The notes below the pieces were generated by a model, which had not been told where the DNA came from, did no database searches, and saw only the letters and a list, made by a program, of their open reading frames with translations. This document shows positions 9,154 to 19,208 of a stretch of 48,356 nt of DNA, one piece after another. The position numbers and the translations under genes are program-made. Each line of letters begins with the position of its first letter. The stretch's first letter is position 1. Source of the DNA: Patescibacteria group bacterium (lineage in GTDB: Bacteria > Patescibacteriota > WWE3 > JAMCXX01 > JBBTUG01); the NCBI GenBank assembly GCA_038063895.1, contig JBBTUG010000026.1:1-48356 (forward strand). Reading direction: 5' to 3'.

Positions 9154-10883
9154 TGGAGGCGGTAAATTATACCATCATCAAACCCAACGACTTCCGTAAA
9201 CCCCCCATAGACCTTCTCCGGTGCCCTCATTATCCGTCTCTGCCAGCAATCGTCTAGCGGGTTTTCCTGCGGGTATGGAAAAGGGTGAACCCCGATCATC
9301 GGATCTTTAGTGTGGACCAGAACGTAGTTAACTCCGCTTTTTTTAAGGACTCTGTATGAGTCAACCGAAGCTAAGTCTCCCAGAGCCGCCCGATCCTCTT
9401 TTGATAATTTTTCCGTCCCAAAAGTTATTTTCCCGTGCACCGTTTGATAAAAAGCCGTATAGGCACCGTTGTAATCACGCGTGATTTTTGGATCCAGCCA
9501 GCTGGGGCACCCGCCCCCAAGGTCGACAACGCTGTTGTCTCTCGGGTATTCAGCAATCAGCAACTCACCCGGTTGGCTCTTTAACCAGGCATAAACCTGC
9601 GGGACACGACCGACATCCATTACCGGAAGGGGCGGAAAATTAATGTTCTCGAAAAGAACCACCCCGCACAAAACCGCGGTCAAAACGGCTGCTGTTTTTT
9701 TTGTAATTTTTGCCAGGATAAACTTAAGACCGTAGCCGGCAAGAAAAGAAACGGCGAGCAAAACAAAAACCCCGGCCCGCGCGTAGACGCGAAACATGGG
9801 AAAAATCTTAAAGAGATAATATGAAGGAAAATATAGATGGATTCCTTTTATCTCAATAACCGCCGGGAGCGAAACTAAAAACATAATAACGGCCAGAGCC
9901 ACGAGAAGGCCGATACTTCGAAAATCGTCCGGTGAAACAGTGTGCGTCTTCCGCCGCCACGCCCTTAAAGCCGTCCAAAAAGCGTACAAAGCTAAACCCA
10001 TTCCGGTGAAAGTTAGGTAATTGGCCCGCTCCGGGAGAAAAGTGCTCCAAAACTGAAAGGAGTAGTTTTCTCTAACATATTGATAAAAGGTACGGACTGT
10101 TGATCCAAAAACCGGGTGGTAAATTGAGGGCATCAGGTAATCCCACGGTCTAGCCCCGTAAGCCACAACATCGTTCAGGCTGGAACGGTAAATATTTTCT
10201 TTTGAGTACTCGGCCCAAACAGAAGGCTTCCCCAAATAATCGAAAAAAACGTGGGTGGAGGGCAAAGTAAGGACGGTAAATAAAACAAGGAAAACCGGAA
10301 TATATAGAATATTAAGCCCCCTAGATCCTTTCGTAACGAAGTATTTATAGAGGGAAACCGTTAGCCAAATGGAAAAGACCGGGATCAAAGAAAAGAATCC
10401 CAAGTAAAAGGAGGTCATAAAAGCGGCCGCGGCGGGTAAAGATAAAGCCAGAAGACCTTTAGCGGACGGCCGTTCAATTAAGTTAATAAGAAAAAGAATA
10501 ATCAGAGGCAGCCAAAAAACCATCGCGAGTTCAATATTTTGTAGGGCGTGCCATTGGACAAAAAGTGAAGTGGCGTAAATTACCGCCGTAATTAGAGCCG
10601 GGCTTTTCGATTTTAGTAGACGCTGCCCCACGAAAAAAGCGGCCAGGAAATTGGCGATGAGAGTCAACAGCATAACTAAATTGTAAGCAGCCGCCGCCCC
10701 GGCTAAAATCGCGGGGGTATAAAGAAATATTGAAAGGAACGTCTGTTGGGGGAGAGCTGGAAAAAATATCCCCCGGAAATATCCCGCGACCGGCAGGGTA
10801 TTCTTTAGCCAGTCGTTGATAGAAAACAAATATCCCAGGACGTCGCTGGGATACCCTAGGATAAAAGAAGATAAATTAATCAT
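9150..10883 (-). CDS. Polytopic membrane protein, probable GT-C (YfhO-related) glycosyltransferase
   Basis: About 10 hydrophobic segments, DYLMPS, FPMFRVYARAG, and a soluble C-terminal domain with VYAWLK..GVNYVLVH. Confidence 0.65.
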   Translation of the reverse strand: MINLSSFILGYPSDVLGYLFSINDWLKNTLPVAGYFRGIFFPALPQQTFLSIFLYTPAILAGAAAAYNLVMLLTLIANFLAAFFVGQRLLKSKSPALITAVIYATSLFVQWHALQNIELAMVFWLPLIILFLINLIERPSAKGLLALSLPAAAAFMTSFYLGFFSLIPVFSIWLTVSLYKYFVTKGSRGLNILYIPVFLVLFTVLTLPSTHVFFDYLGKPSVWAEYSKENIYRSSLNDVVAYGARPWDYLMPSIYHPVFGSTVRTFYQYVRENYSFQFWSTFLPERANYLTFTGMGLALYAFWTALRAWRRKTHTVSPDDFRSIGLLVALAVIMFLVSLPAVIEIKGIHLYFPSYYLFKIFPMFRVYARAGVFVLLAVSFLAGYGLKFILAKITKKTAAVLTAVLCGVVLFENINFPPLPVMDVGRVPQVYAWLKSQPGELLIAEYPRDNSVVDLGGGCPSWLDPKITRDYNGAYTAFYQTVHGKITFGTEKLSKEDRAALGDLASVDSYRVLKKSGVNYVLVHTKDPMIGVHPFPYPQENPLDDCWQRRIMRAPEKVYGGFTEVVGFDDGIIYRLQ

Positions 10884-13444
10884 TTGGAAATAAAGAGCAG
10901 CGGACTGCCGTCCTGGTAGTGAACTTGAAGCCGTTGGCGGCCGTCGGGGGTCCGGGAAAGTGCCGTTAAGACAACCCCAAGATTAATTACGCCGTTGTCG
11001 CTTTCAATGGTTAAATTAAAGGTTGGGTTAAGGATTAGTACCTCATCGGCGAATTCGCCGAAACTTACCAACCGGAAGGAAAAGGGGCTCAGGGTATCGG
11101 CGCCCGAAAGGCTTATGTCATTTTTCTGAGGGTAATATAAAGGTGTCCCGACTGAAGAAACGTCCAGAAAATAAACGGAATTGGAAGGAAAATTAATGCT
11201 GTTTAATATTGCGTAGTCGGAAACCCCGAGAAAAGAGGGGTCATTATTGTAAGCGATTTCCAGAATGTAAATACCGTCGCTGTCGACAGCGAAAGTCCCG
11301 GAATACTGTTGACCGGAGGTGGAGAGGGAACTGACGGCATCCCCCGAAGAATCCAAAAGATTAAGCGTGTAAAAACCCGGACGCGGGCTTAGGTTAAGAG
11401 GAGTGTAATCAAGAGCAAAAGTATTTTCCCCCCGGAAAAGATAAGTATAAAATAAATAGTTATATTTTCGCGGCTGAGACTCTCTAGGCAACCGGATCTC
11501 CCGCGCCTCGCCCCTTGTTGCCCGAAAACTTTCCGGAACAACGTATCTTCCCAAAGATTTAAGTACTTCCGACTGATCTGCTCCCAGCATTCCCCCATTC
11601 ATTGAATAAAGAGCCATCCGCTTATCCGTTAATACTTCAGACCCGGAAGCGCTTGTGGCATAGCTGATTTTTCCGGCTCCGGGATACCCGATTAGATATT
11701 TTCCGGCCAAAAGAACCCCATTTGGGTTTACTTTCAGCTCACTAAATTCGGCATTAACAGGAAGTTTATTCGGACTTAAAGGGAGTTTTAAACCCCGCAA
11801 ACCAAAGGCCTTATCTACTACCACATAAGAGTCCTCGGCTGTAACCGGAACGGTAGTTTTAAAAAAGTGTTGTTGAACCCGGCCAGATACCGGAATAAGG
11901 AATAATAAAAGAAATAACAGTAATAGCCAGCGGGGATCCGCGGTGGGCCGGTCCGGCCGGGGCTTCAAAGCTAAACTTAGCTCCCGGAATAGTAAAAGGG
12001 TAAGCAGAACCGTCAGAACAGATACTTCCAACCGTGGAAGGGTCCCAATAATCCTCACTGTCAGCGTTATTCCAAAAAGAAAAACGCAGAGCGCGTCGAA
12101 ATAATAGCGGCGCCTTCCGACAAATTTTAGGACCGTGTGGCTATACCGGGCGGCGGGGAAGAATAATTTATCGCTAAAGGTTAAGAAGATTGCCAAAACG
12201 GAGATATTAATGAAAACGACTTCGAGAATGTGCCTAATTCCGAGGACTCCAAGAGAGGAAGCAACCAAACCTTGCCGGTAGCCACGATACAAAGTCTCAA
12301 GACTTTTATTGCTAAGTAAGGATTCGAGAACTCCTTTGGAATAGAAGACCGCAATAAAGCACCCGGAAGAAACAATAAATGTCAGGAAAAATAACCAGCG
12401 GTATTTCCGAACAAAGCCTAATAACAAGTTAACAGGAAGACGGAGAAGCTTAAAGACCGAAAAGTTAATGAGCAACTTCCGGTCCAGACTGACTATTCTG
12501 ACTGATACCAAAAGCAGAAAGGCTACCGCCAAAAAGACCCAGACCCAAATCTTATCCAAAAGACTCCAGTAGAGATCAAGGATATCCCCACCAATATCCT
12601 TGGCAACCCCGTGAACCCCGCTCCCTAACCAGAAGGTTAGGAAAGAAGTTACAGTTTTTACCCTCGCTTCGTCAAAAAAGGCCCTAGGGGAGAGTAAAAG
12701 TGTCCGGTGATTCCAGTCCGGAATAGCTACCAAGGGCTTTCCGAAGCTACTAAAGACAGTGTGCGCCCCTGGCCCGGTTGTTTTGACGTTGCCTAAGGAG
12801 CAAGTATCGCCAAAAACACGGAAAGGTTCAGGGTCTTCGCAGATAAGGATTATATTTCGGCTCTTAAGAAGCGGCCAAAAAGAATCTCCAAACCTCTTTG
12901 CGGTGGAGGACGTAAAAATAAAGGCTTTGGCCGGGTCGTATAAATTAATATCCGAAACGTAGCTGTAAGCCGCAACAGTTGCCCTTAGATTGGAAAAACC
13001 GGGATCCTCAAAAGAAAACTGAAGAAGATACCGGCCAGGATCTAAGTTCAGCGGGTTAATAAAGCTATCCGGCCGTAAGATATTTCTTTTGTCGACCTCA
13101 TCCCAATGGGAACCGTTCTGCCGGCTGAGCTTAAGAGTACCGAAGGCGTAGGGATAAGGGAACCTATCAAAAGTTAGTTTAATAAAGTCGGCCCGGTCAT
13201 TTAATGTAAAATCAATTTCCCGGGCAAACCACTTTTTTTGATCGCGGCTTTCAGTCGGAACAGGTTGCGAGTTGAAAAGAAGGTTACTTTCCCGCTTTAT
13301 CGGCGTCTCAACAAGAGCATTAGATTTCTGGAGTATTATCGTCCGGTAAATATCCTCCGCTTGAGCGTAAACCCGCCCAGTGCTTCCCGTCAGTAAGAAT
13401 ATGTAAACCAAAATAAGCGGCAGCAGTTTGCGGTTAAGGTTCAT
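10880..13444 (-). CDS. Large exported/membrane hypothetical protein (signal peptide, ectodomain, central TM bundle, second ectodomain)
   Basis: Signal-like MNLNRKLLPLILVYIFLLTGSTGRVYAQA, a central hydrophobic region (about aa 295-520) and soluble flanks. Overlaps both neighbouring genes. Confidence 0.75.
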   Translation of the reverse strand: MNLNRKLLPLILVYIFLLTGSTGRVYAQAEDIYRTIILQKSNALVETPIKRESNLLFNSQPVPTESRDQKKWFAREIDFTLNDRADFIKLTFDRFPYPYAFGTLKLSRQNGSHWDEVDKRNILRPDSFINPLNLDPGRYLLQFSFEDPGFSNLRATVAAYSYVSDINLYDPAKAFIFTSSTAKRFGDSFWPLLKSRNIILICEDPEPFRVFGDTCSLGNVKTTGPGAHTVFSSFGKPLVAIPDWNHRTLLLSPRAFFDEARVKTVTSFLTFWLGSGVHGVAKDIGGDILDLYWSLLDKIWVWVFLAVAFLLLVSVRIVSLDRKLLINFSVFKLLRLPVNLLLGFVRKYRWLFFLTFIVSSGCFIAVFYSKGVLESLLSNKSLETLYRGYRQGLVASSLGVLGIRHILEVVFINISVLAIFLTFSDKLFFPAARYSHTVLKFVGRRRYYFDALCVFLFGITLTVRIIGTLPRLEVSVLTVLLTLLLFRELSLALKPRPDRPTADPRWLLLLFLLLFLIPVSGRVQQHFFKTTVPVTAEDSYVVVDKAFGLRGLKLPLSPNKLPVNAEFSELKVNPNGVLLAGKYLIGYPGAGKISYATSASGSEVLTDKRMALYSMNGGMLGADQSEVLKSLGRYVVPESFRATRGEAREIRLPRESQPRKYNYLFYTYLFRGENTFALDYTPLNLSPRPGFYTLNLLDSSGDAVSSLSTSGQQYSGTFAVDSDGIYILEIAYNNDPSFLGVSDYAILNSINFPSNSVYFLDVSSVGTPLYYPQKNDISLSGADTLSPFSFRLVSFGEFADEVLILNPTFNLTIESDNGVINLGVVLTALSRTPDGRQRLQVHYQDGSPLLFISK

Positions 13445-13841
13445 TCTGTCCTCCGCCGGTTAAATCCTTGAGGAACGTTATTAGTAAGAGAGAAAACGAA
13501 AAGACGGCAAAGATCTCCGCAGAGGCGTTCAGTTTAAGTAAAAAGGCTGCGGTCATAGCCGCAAAGGAAGCCAGAGCAAGAGCTCTTAATATTCCGCTTC
13601 CGACCTCTACAAGCAGCGACCACGCAGCTAAACCAATAACGACGACAAGCAGAATATTTAATAGTGAAAAGTCGTAAAGGAGGAGAAATACCAGAGCCAA
13701 CACGGGCAATAAAATTGTCGTTGTCAGAAAAAGTTCATTAACGAGGCGGCCCCGGGAGGGCCCGGGACTAAGTTGCGGAAAAAAAACCCGCAGAGAGATA
13801 AAGCCGCTTATCAATAAGATTAGAACGTCCGTTAACGCCAT
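13434..13841 (-). CDS. Small integral membrane protein (4-5 TM)
   Basis: 135 aa, almost entirely hydrophobic, and overlaps both flanking genes. Confidence 0.75.
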   Translation of the reverse strand: MALTDVLILLISGFISLRVFFPQLSPGPSRGRLVNELFLTTTILLPVLALVFLLLYDFSLLNILLVVVIGLAAWSLLVEVGSGILRALALASFAAMTAAFLLKLNASAEIFAVFSFSLLLITFLKDLTGGGQNEP

Positions 13842-16315
13842 ATCATTAAGTAAACAAGACAGAATAAAACAACGATTAACAATATCAGCAAATACAGGTA
13901 AAGATCTCGTTGGGCGCTAAATTCCAGGATCAAATTAAGATTGTAAGTTCCGTCCGGATTTAGTGTTAATAAATCGGAGTGACTTAAGGAACCGGGGTCA
14001 ATGATCCAGCCATTGGCGAACCCGTTGCTTTTGAAATGTCTGCTACCGCTTATCTCTTTAAGCCCAATGGTTTCAAAGGTTCGCTCGTTTAGAAAGGCGC
14101 TCCCGTAAAGGAAACTTTGTCCCGAAATTTTCGTCTGGTAGAGTTTCCATTGTGGATCGAAGCTTTCGATAAATTGAAGAATAAACTGTCGGGGCGCCGA
14201 ATTTACGGAAATATAATATTTAGTGGGATTAATTCTTGTGAATTTTATTTCTTTTGGAGAACCGGGGGTAAATACCGTAACCGAAACGCTCCCCATCTTC
14301 TGGTCCGTCAGCGCCGCTTCTAAAGATTGTACGGCTAACTTGTCGGTGGTAAAGACATCTTTTGCCGCAAAATTATCCGAAGAAACGATGTCATTATACT
14401 CGGAAGGTTCAGCCTTCGCGTAAATAAGCCGGAGGGGAGAAAAAATCCGGACGGTTTTAAGATAATCTGGGGTAATATAAAGAACAAGGCCTGGCTCGTC
14501 ACGGAGTTCGGCATAAAGAGAATCGCGCACGTACAGATTAGGGTCGCCGTTAGGGATTTCGGAGAGGTACTTATCAGAAAAATTACCAAAAGCTTCCTTT
14601 CTCGGCAGAACCGAATCCAACGCGGCCATGGTTTTTTTCGGGCTGGAGGACGCGCCGCCGGTGTAGCGCCAGTCGAAATCGTTTTCCTGCAATAAATAAT
14701 CTACTCCCAATACCGCCAGATATTTCGCCGGAAAAGTGCCCTTAAGCAGACTTTGGTACACATTATTAAGAAACGAGTTCGCCGAGGAGCTGGAAGAAAG
14801 CGACATCCTAAGAACATTGTTGTCGTGATTGAGAAAACTGCCGGCGATATCATCCGCTGACGTAAATCCCTGCGGCCAGTTCCAAGCACCACCGTAGGTA
14901 ACCCGTGGCGTGGTAAGAATTCTTGCGCCGGTAAGATTATTTTTGGCGAACCCCTCGAAATCCTTCCAGTACTTCGGAATATTGACCCGGTAGCTCCGGA
15001 CACTGCCGTTCCAATTAGAAACTACTCCCTCGGCGAAATACGCCGGTTTAATCGAGACGATAACACCCAAAGCGATCAGGGAAAAAATCACGGTTTTTTT
15101 AATTCCCCAAGACCACAACGAAACCCGGGTTAAAAATATAAAAAGCAACAGACTGATAGAAAGCACGTAAATCTCCGAAAACTTTGTGAATGGCTCCCGA
15201 AATATTTTAAATAAGGGAAAATTATCAAAGATAAACTTATATGCCACGCCAAACGGGGGCCGCGCTCCACCGACTAAAAAGAGGCTGGCGATGGCTAAAC
15301 CGAACAGATAGCTCTTTTTTGACTTGAGTTCCCCTTTAACGCCTTCCCTGATCGCCTCGAAGAAAGCGGCGAAAACTACGAGGTAGGTCAGGACAACAAC
15401 GAAAGGCCGGTCGTAATAAGCACTGAAAGGATAGTAAGGTCTAAGGAAGTGGCTTACATACCAGCCCCATTGGCCGATAAACCTAAAATTTTGGAAAAGG
15501 CTGCCGACTTGCGTGGCCAGAAAATACTTCTCCGGGGCAAAGGTATCCGCCGACAAAGATCTAAAATACGAAAACATCGGTATTAGCCACCAGAGGCTGG
15601 ACATAATCATCACCAGAGAAAAAATAAGCAGATTCTTAATTCTGACGCGAGAGAGTCTGGAAATATTAAGGGCAATATAAAGAGCCTGTGGAATAAAAAC
15701 GGTTAAAGACAGAGCCGGGTTGGCGTTGATTGGCGAAAAAAATGTTGCGAGCAAGATGTATTTGGCAACGTCGCGGAAGGCCAGGCGGTCCTGATCAAAA
15801 ATTTTAATAAAGTAATAGAGGGACCACGGCAAATAGGCGCCATACATCAGTTGAAAATAAGTAAACTGATTTAAAGAGGCGAAAGCATTAAAGCCCAACA
15901 GAAGACAGGGCAAAAGGTAAACCAGAAATGAGGCCGGTCTTTTGGACAGAAATGTATTTGCCAGTTTAATAAAGCCGAAAAACTTAAAGGAGATGAGAAA
16001 GAATATTAAAAGCCTTTGCAATACCGGCGCGGAGAGAAAACCGAAGAGTTGGGTGTAAAGCTGAAAACCGAGAAGATTAGAAATGGTAAAACTGCGGATG
16101 CCCCAAGGATAGCCTACATCCCAAACGTACGGGTACATCTTTTGTCGCCCAAGTTGTAGATAAGGGTAATTATCGCCGCCAGCCAGAAGTTCCGAACCAC
16201 CAAAAAGTAGCCTAATATGGAATAACTCAAATAAAACAATAAAGACCAAAAATAAAAACCAAATTTTATGTTGGGAAAAAAACCTAAGAAGGTTACCGAG
16301 TATATTTTTAAACAT
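13832..16315 (-). CDS. Polytopic GT-C-like membrane protein (AftD/YfhO-like)
   Basis: GGDNYP..W after TM1, FRFIGQWGW, PLFKIFREPFTKF, LGVDYLLQEND, and C-terminal INPTKY..ESFDPQW..HFKSNGFANGW plus a TM anchor. Confidence 0.72.
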   Translation of the reverse strand: MFKNILGNLLRFFSQHKIWFLFLVFIVLFELFHIRLLFGGSELLAGGDNYPYLQLGRQKMYPYVWDVGYPWGIRSFTISNLLGFQLYTQLFGFLSAPVLQRLLIFFLISFKFFGFIKLANTFLSKRPASFLVYLLPCLLLGFNAFASLNQFTYFQLMYGAYLPWSLYYFIKIFDQDRLAFRDVAKYILLATFFSPINANPALSLTVFIPQALYIALNISRLSRVRIKNLLIFSLVMIMSSLWWLIPMFSYFRSLSADTFAPEKYFLATQVGSLFQNFRFIGQWGWYVSHFLRPYYPFSAYYDRPFVVVLTYLVVFAAFFEAIREGVKGELKSKKSYLFGLAIASLFLVGGARPPFGVAYKFIFDNFPLFKIFREPFTKFSEIYVLSISLLLFIFLTRVSLWSWGIKKTVIFSLIALGVIVSIKPAYFAEGVVSNWNGSVRSYRVNIPKYWKDFEGFAKNNLTGARILTTPRVTYGGAWNWPQGFTSADDIAGSFLNHDNNVLRMSLSSSSSANSFLNNVYQSLLKGTFPAKYLAVLGVDYLLQENDFDWRYTGGASSSPKKTMAALDSVLPRKEAFGNFSDKYLSEIPNGDPNLYVRDSLYAELRDEPGLVLYITPDYLKTVRIFSPLRLIYAKAEPSEYNDIVSSDNFAAKDVFTTDKLAVQSLEAALTDQKMGSVSVTVFTPGSPKEIKFTRINPTKYYISVNSAPRQFILQFIESFDPQWKLYQTKISGQSFLYGSAFLNERTFETIGLKEISGSRHFKSNGFANGWIIDPGSLSHSDLLTLNPDGTYNLNLILEFSAQRDLYLYLLILLIVVLFCLVYLMIWR

Positions 16316-16332
16316 CCAGAAGGTGCAGATAA

Positions 16333-18390
16333 TTATTTAACGAGTTTTGGTATCCCAAGTTCCAGAAGCGCCAGAAATTTATGGGGTAAAAGGTACATCT
16401 TCCTCATTATAGCTAAATCACCAACCGTACGAATGCGCTGAATCAGCCTTCTTCTCTTTAGTGTAGAACCGAAGTTTTTGAAATTCCAGAGATAAGCCTT
16501 TAAATAAGTCTGGGGTATCGCCTGGAACTGACCCACTAACATCATGGCAACCATCTCGGCCAGATTAATCAACAGATAGTAAGGTAAGATCCAGGCCACG
16601 TTGTACCAACGCCAGTGCTTAAGGATATTACGGATAATATTTCTTTCGGCCAGAAAACGGCGGTTATAGTTGGTGCGGTAAACTACCCCCGGCCTGGGAA
16701 AGCCTCCCACGCCCACGGAGGCGCTGCTGTAATGGTAAAGAACAGCATCAAACGCCGGCTCCACCTTAAGACCAACTAAATGGCAATTCCAGGAAAAATC
16801 AACGTCTTCATGAAAAAGGAAAGTGTCTTCGTCTTCTAAACCGACTTTAAAATAATTATCCCGTTTGGTAAAGGTTCCCGTGCCATCAGCATAGAAAATT
16901 TTTGGTTTTATGAGACGTGTCCCATCCGGGCTGTAGGTCCGGGCCGGGTAACCAAAATAATCTACGGCGATACCACAACTAATAAAATAGGTGCCGTCGT
17001 AACCCATTTGTCGTGGAGCAAAAACGGTGTCGTCGTGTCCTTTGGCTGTCCGGACCAGTTTTTCTACACAATAGGGATCCATCCAGGCATCGGGCCCAAA
17101 TAAAAAGACGTATTCCCCCTTCGCCTCGGTAATTCCCAAATTATTACCGCCGGCACAACCGGTGTTAATTTTAGAAGAAACAATCTTACCGTTTTTTAAA
17201 AGCTTCTTGGCCGACTCCACCGTTCCGTCCGGTGAAAGATTATCCACAAAAATGACCTCTATGTTTTTGTAGGTCTGTTTGTTGATTGATTCAAAATACT
17301 TTTCGTTAAATTTTTCGTTGTTGTAAGCGGTCGTCACTAGGGAAACGATAGGTCCTTCGTACCGGCCAAATCCAGGTTCATATCGACTATAGACTTCCTT
17401 CGCCTCTTCTTTTCTTACTTCAAAGTCATTCGCCGACAACATTTCTACATTGGAGAAGGCACTGGTGAAACTCTCTACTAGGTATTCCGTAAGAGCCTCG
17501 TCCCAGGGCCGCATGAGTTTCAAATTTTTATCATGGATCTTCTTGTCCTCCAAAATTTCCGATCGGGCCCTAGGTACGGTAAAACCCAACCCTTCCCTAA
17601 CTTCCGCCGAGTTGCTGGTAGCCTCCTGAACGGTAATCCCCTTGAGTTTTAAAACGTCAACGATCTTCAAAGCCACGTCGTAACGTGAACAGTTGCCCTC
17701 AGCAACCATGTGATAAAGGCCATAATCTTCGGTTGACAACATACTGAGAATTGCCCGTGAAAGGTCCAGTGTGGAGGTCGGGCAGCCCATTTTATCGGTT
17801 ACGACGTGCAAGACTTTTTTACCAGCGTTGATTTGATTCATAATTTTCTTAACAAATTTTTTATCGCGCTCGACCCCACCCATCATCCAACCGGCTCTAA
17901 AAATAAAATGTTTGGAAGTAATGGCAGCAACAATTTTCTCGGCTTCGTACTTTGAACGCCCATAAACGTTAATGGGATTAGGGGAATCTTCTTCGGTGTA
18001 CGCCGATTGCTTGGTACCGTCAAAAACTCCGGCCGTGCTAATGTGAACCAAGGGGATATCCAGCTCACAGCAAACCAGCGCCGTGTTTTCCGCCCCCACA
18101 CCGTTAGTGTAAAAAGCTTCCTGAGGATTGGCCTCGCAATACTCCAAATCAGTCAGGGCGGCCAAATTAAGAACGGCCTCGGGTTGATATCTTAAAATCA
18201 ATTCACGGACGCGGACACGGTCACGGACATCCAGGTAATGTGTCCAGGGGTCAAGAGGGATGATGTCCGTAGAAATAACCTCAACCCCGGCCCCGGTAAA
18301 AACTTTATAGAGGGTACTACCCAGCATCCCCGAAGCCCCCGTCACAAAAACCTTTTTTGGTGTTTTGCTAACTATTTGGTTACTTTCCAT
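16333..18390 (-). CDS. RmlD-like NDP-4-keto-6-deoxyhexose reductase fused to a GT2 glycosyltransferase
   Basis: N-half has VTGASGMLG, NLAALTD..CEANP, HIST and NPINVYGRSK. C-half has VIFVDNLSPDGT, NTGCAGGNNLG and FLFHEDVDFSW. ATG 18390 is preferred because a -10 box lies just upstream. Confidence 0.88.
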   Translation of the reverse strand: MESNQIVSKTPKKVFVTGASGMLGSTLYKVFTGAGVEVISTDIIPLDPWTHYLDVRDRVRVRELILRYQPEAVLNLAALTDLEYCEANPQEAFYTNGVGAENTALVCCELDIPLVHISTAGVFDGTKQSAYTEEDSPNPINVYGRSKYEAEKIVAAITSKHFIFRAGWMMGGVERDKKFVKKIMNQINAGKKVLHVVTDKMGCPTSTLDLSRAILSMLSTEDYGLYHMVAEGNCSRYDVALKIVDVLKLKGITVQEATSNSAEVREGLGFTVPRARSEILEDKKIHDKNLKLMRPWDEALTEYLVESFTSAFSNVEMLSANDFEVRKEEAKEVYSRYEPGFGRYEGPIVSLVTTAYNNEKFNEKYFESINKQTYKNIEVIFVDNLSPDGTVESAKKLLKNGKIVSSKINTGCAGGNNLGITEAKGEYVFLFGPDAWMDPYCVEKLVRTAKGHDDTVFAPRQMGYDGTYFISCGIAVDYFGYPARTYSPDGTRLIKPKIFYADGTGTFTKRDNYFKVGLEDEDTFLFHEDVDFSWNCHLVGLKVEPAFDAVLYHYSSASVGVGGFPRPGVVYRTNYNRRFLAERNIIRNILKHWRWYNVAWILPYYLLINLAEMVAMMLVGQFQAIPQTYLKAYLWNFKNFGSTLKRRRLIQRIRTVGDLAIMRKMYLLPHKFLALLELGIPKLVK

Positions 18391-18403
18391 ATTCTGAAAT
18401 CTT

Positions 18404-18446
18404 ATTCTATCACCAACTTTGATTCTAGGGTACCCCATGCTAATAT
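18404..18446. promoter_or_regulatory. Divergent extended -10 promoters: TGaTAGAAT (minus, 18404-18412) and TGcTAATAT (plus, 18438-18446)
   Basis: 13 nt upstream of ATG 18390 and 10 nt upstream of ATG 18457. Confidence 0.55.
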
Positions 18447-18456
18447 TTGAGATAAG

Positions 18457-19206
18457 ATGGAACTAAATAATAAAACAGCCGTAATTACCGGAGGCGGAAC
18501 AGGGGTTGGCCGAGTCACAGCTATATTTTTGGCCAAAAAGGGATGTAACCTGGCTCTGTTAGGACGACGGTTGGACAAACTTCAGAAAACCGCCGGTGAG
18601 CTTCGAGCGCTTGGTATTGACGGGGTCCGTGTCGAAGTATATCTGTGTGACGTCACTAAAGACGCTGAAGTAAGGGCTGTTTTTGCCAAAATCGGCATTG
18701 ATTTTGGCCAAATTGACTTCCTGGTAAACAACGCCGGCGTTAACACTTATACCACCCTGGAGCAGATTGGCGACGAACAAATTGATGCCGAAATTGACAT
18801 CAAATCAAAAGGCATCATTTACTGCACCCGGGCTGCCCTGCCATTCATGAAAAGCGGCAGCGCGGTTGTCAACTTAACCTCGGTTAATGCCTTTCTGGGA
18901 GGTAAGTCCTCACCAGCCTACCCGGCCAGCAATGGTGCGGCTAACACTTTAACCAAGTACTTTGCCGTGAAACTTGCGGACAAAGGTATTCGGGTCAATG
19001 CCGTCGCTCCGGGTTTCATCGAGGGCACCGGATTCACGGAAAAAATACCGGCGGAAAAGCTGGCTGCCATTGCCGCCCAAAACCCGATGAAGCGCAACGC
19101 CCAGGCCGAGGATGTGGCCAAGGCCATCTACTTTCTGCTCTCGGATCTTTCCGGTTACGTTAATGGGCACACTGTCCACGTTAACGGCGGCTATTACATG
19201 AACTAA
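18457..19206 (+). CDS. Short-chain dehydrogenase/reductase (FabG-like fold) with YxxxN instead of YxxxK
   Basis: TGGGTGVG, LVNNAG, NLTS, AYPASNG, GIRVNAVAPG and VNGG. Confidence 0.9.
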   Translation: MELNNKTAVITGGGTGVGRVTAIFLAKKGCNLALLGRRLDKLQKTAGELRALGIDGVRVEVYLCDVTKDAEVRAVFAKIGIDFGQIDFLVNNAGVNTYTTLEQIGDEQIDAEIDIKSKGIIYCTRAALPFMKSGSAVVNLTSVNAFLGGKSSPAYPASNGAANTLTKYFAVKLADKGIRVNAVAPGFIEGTGFTEKIPAEKLAAIAAQNPMKRNAQAEDVAKAIYFLLSDLSGYVNGHTVHVNGGYYMN

Positions 19207-19208
19207 AT

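Noticed and set aside
18457-19206. Calling the SDR fabG
   Set aside because: It lacks the catalytic Lys, has no fatty-acid synthesis neighbours, and its substrate is unknown.
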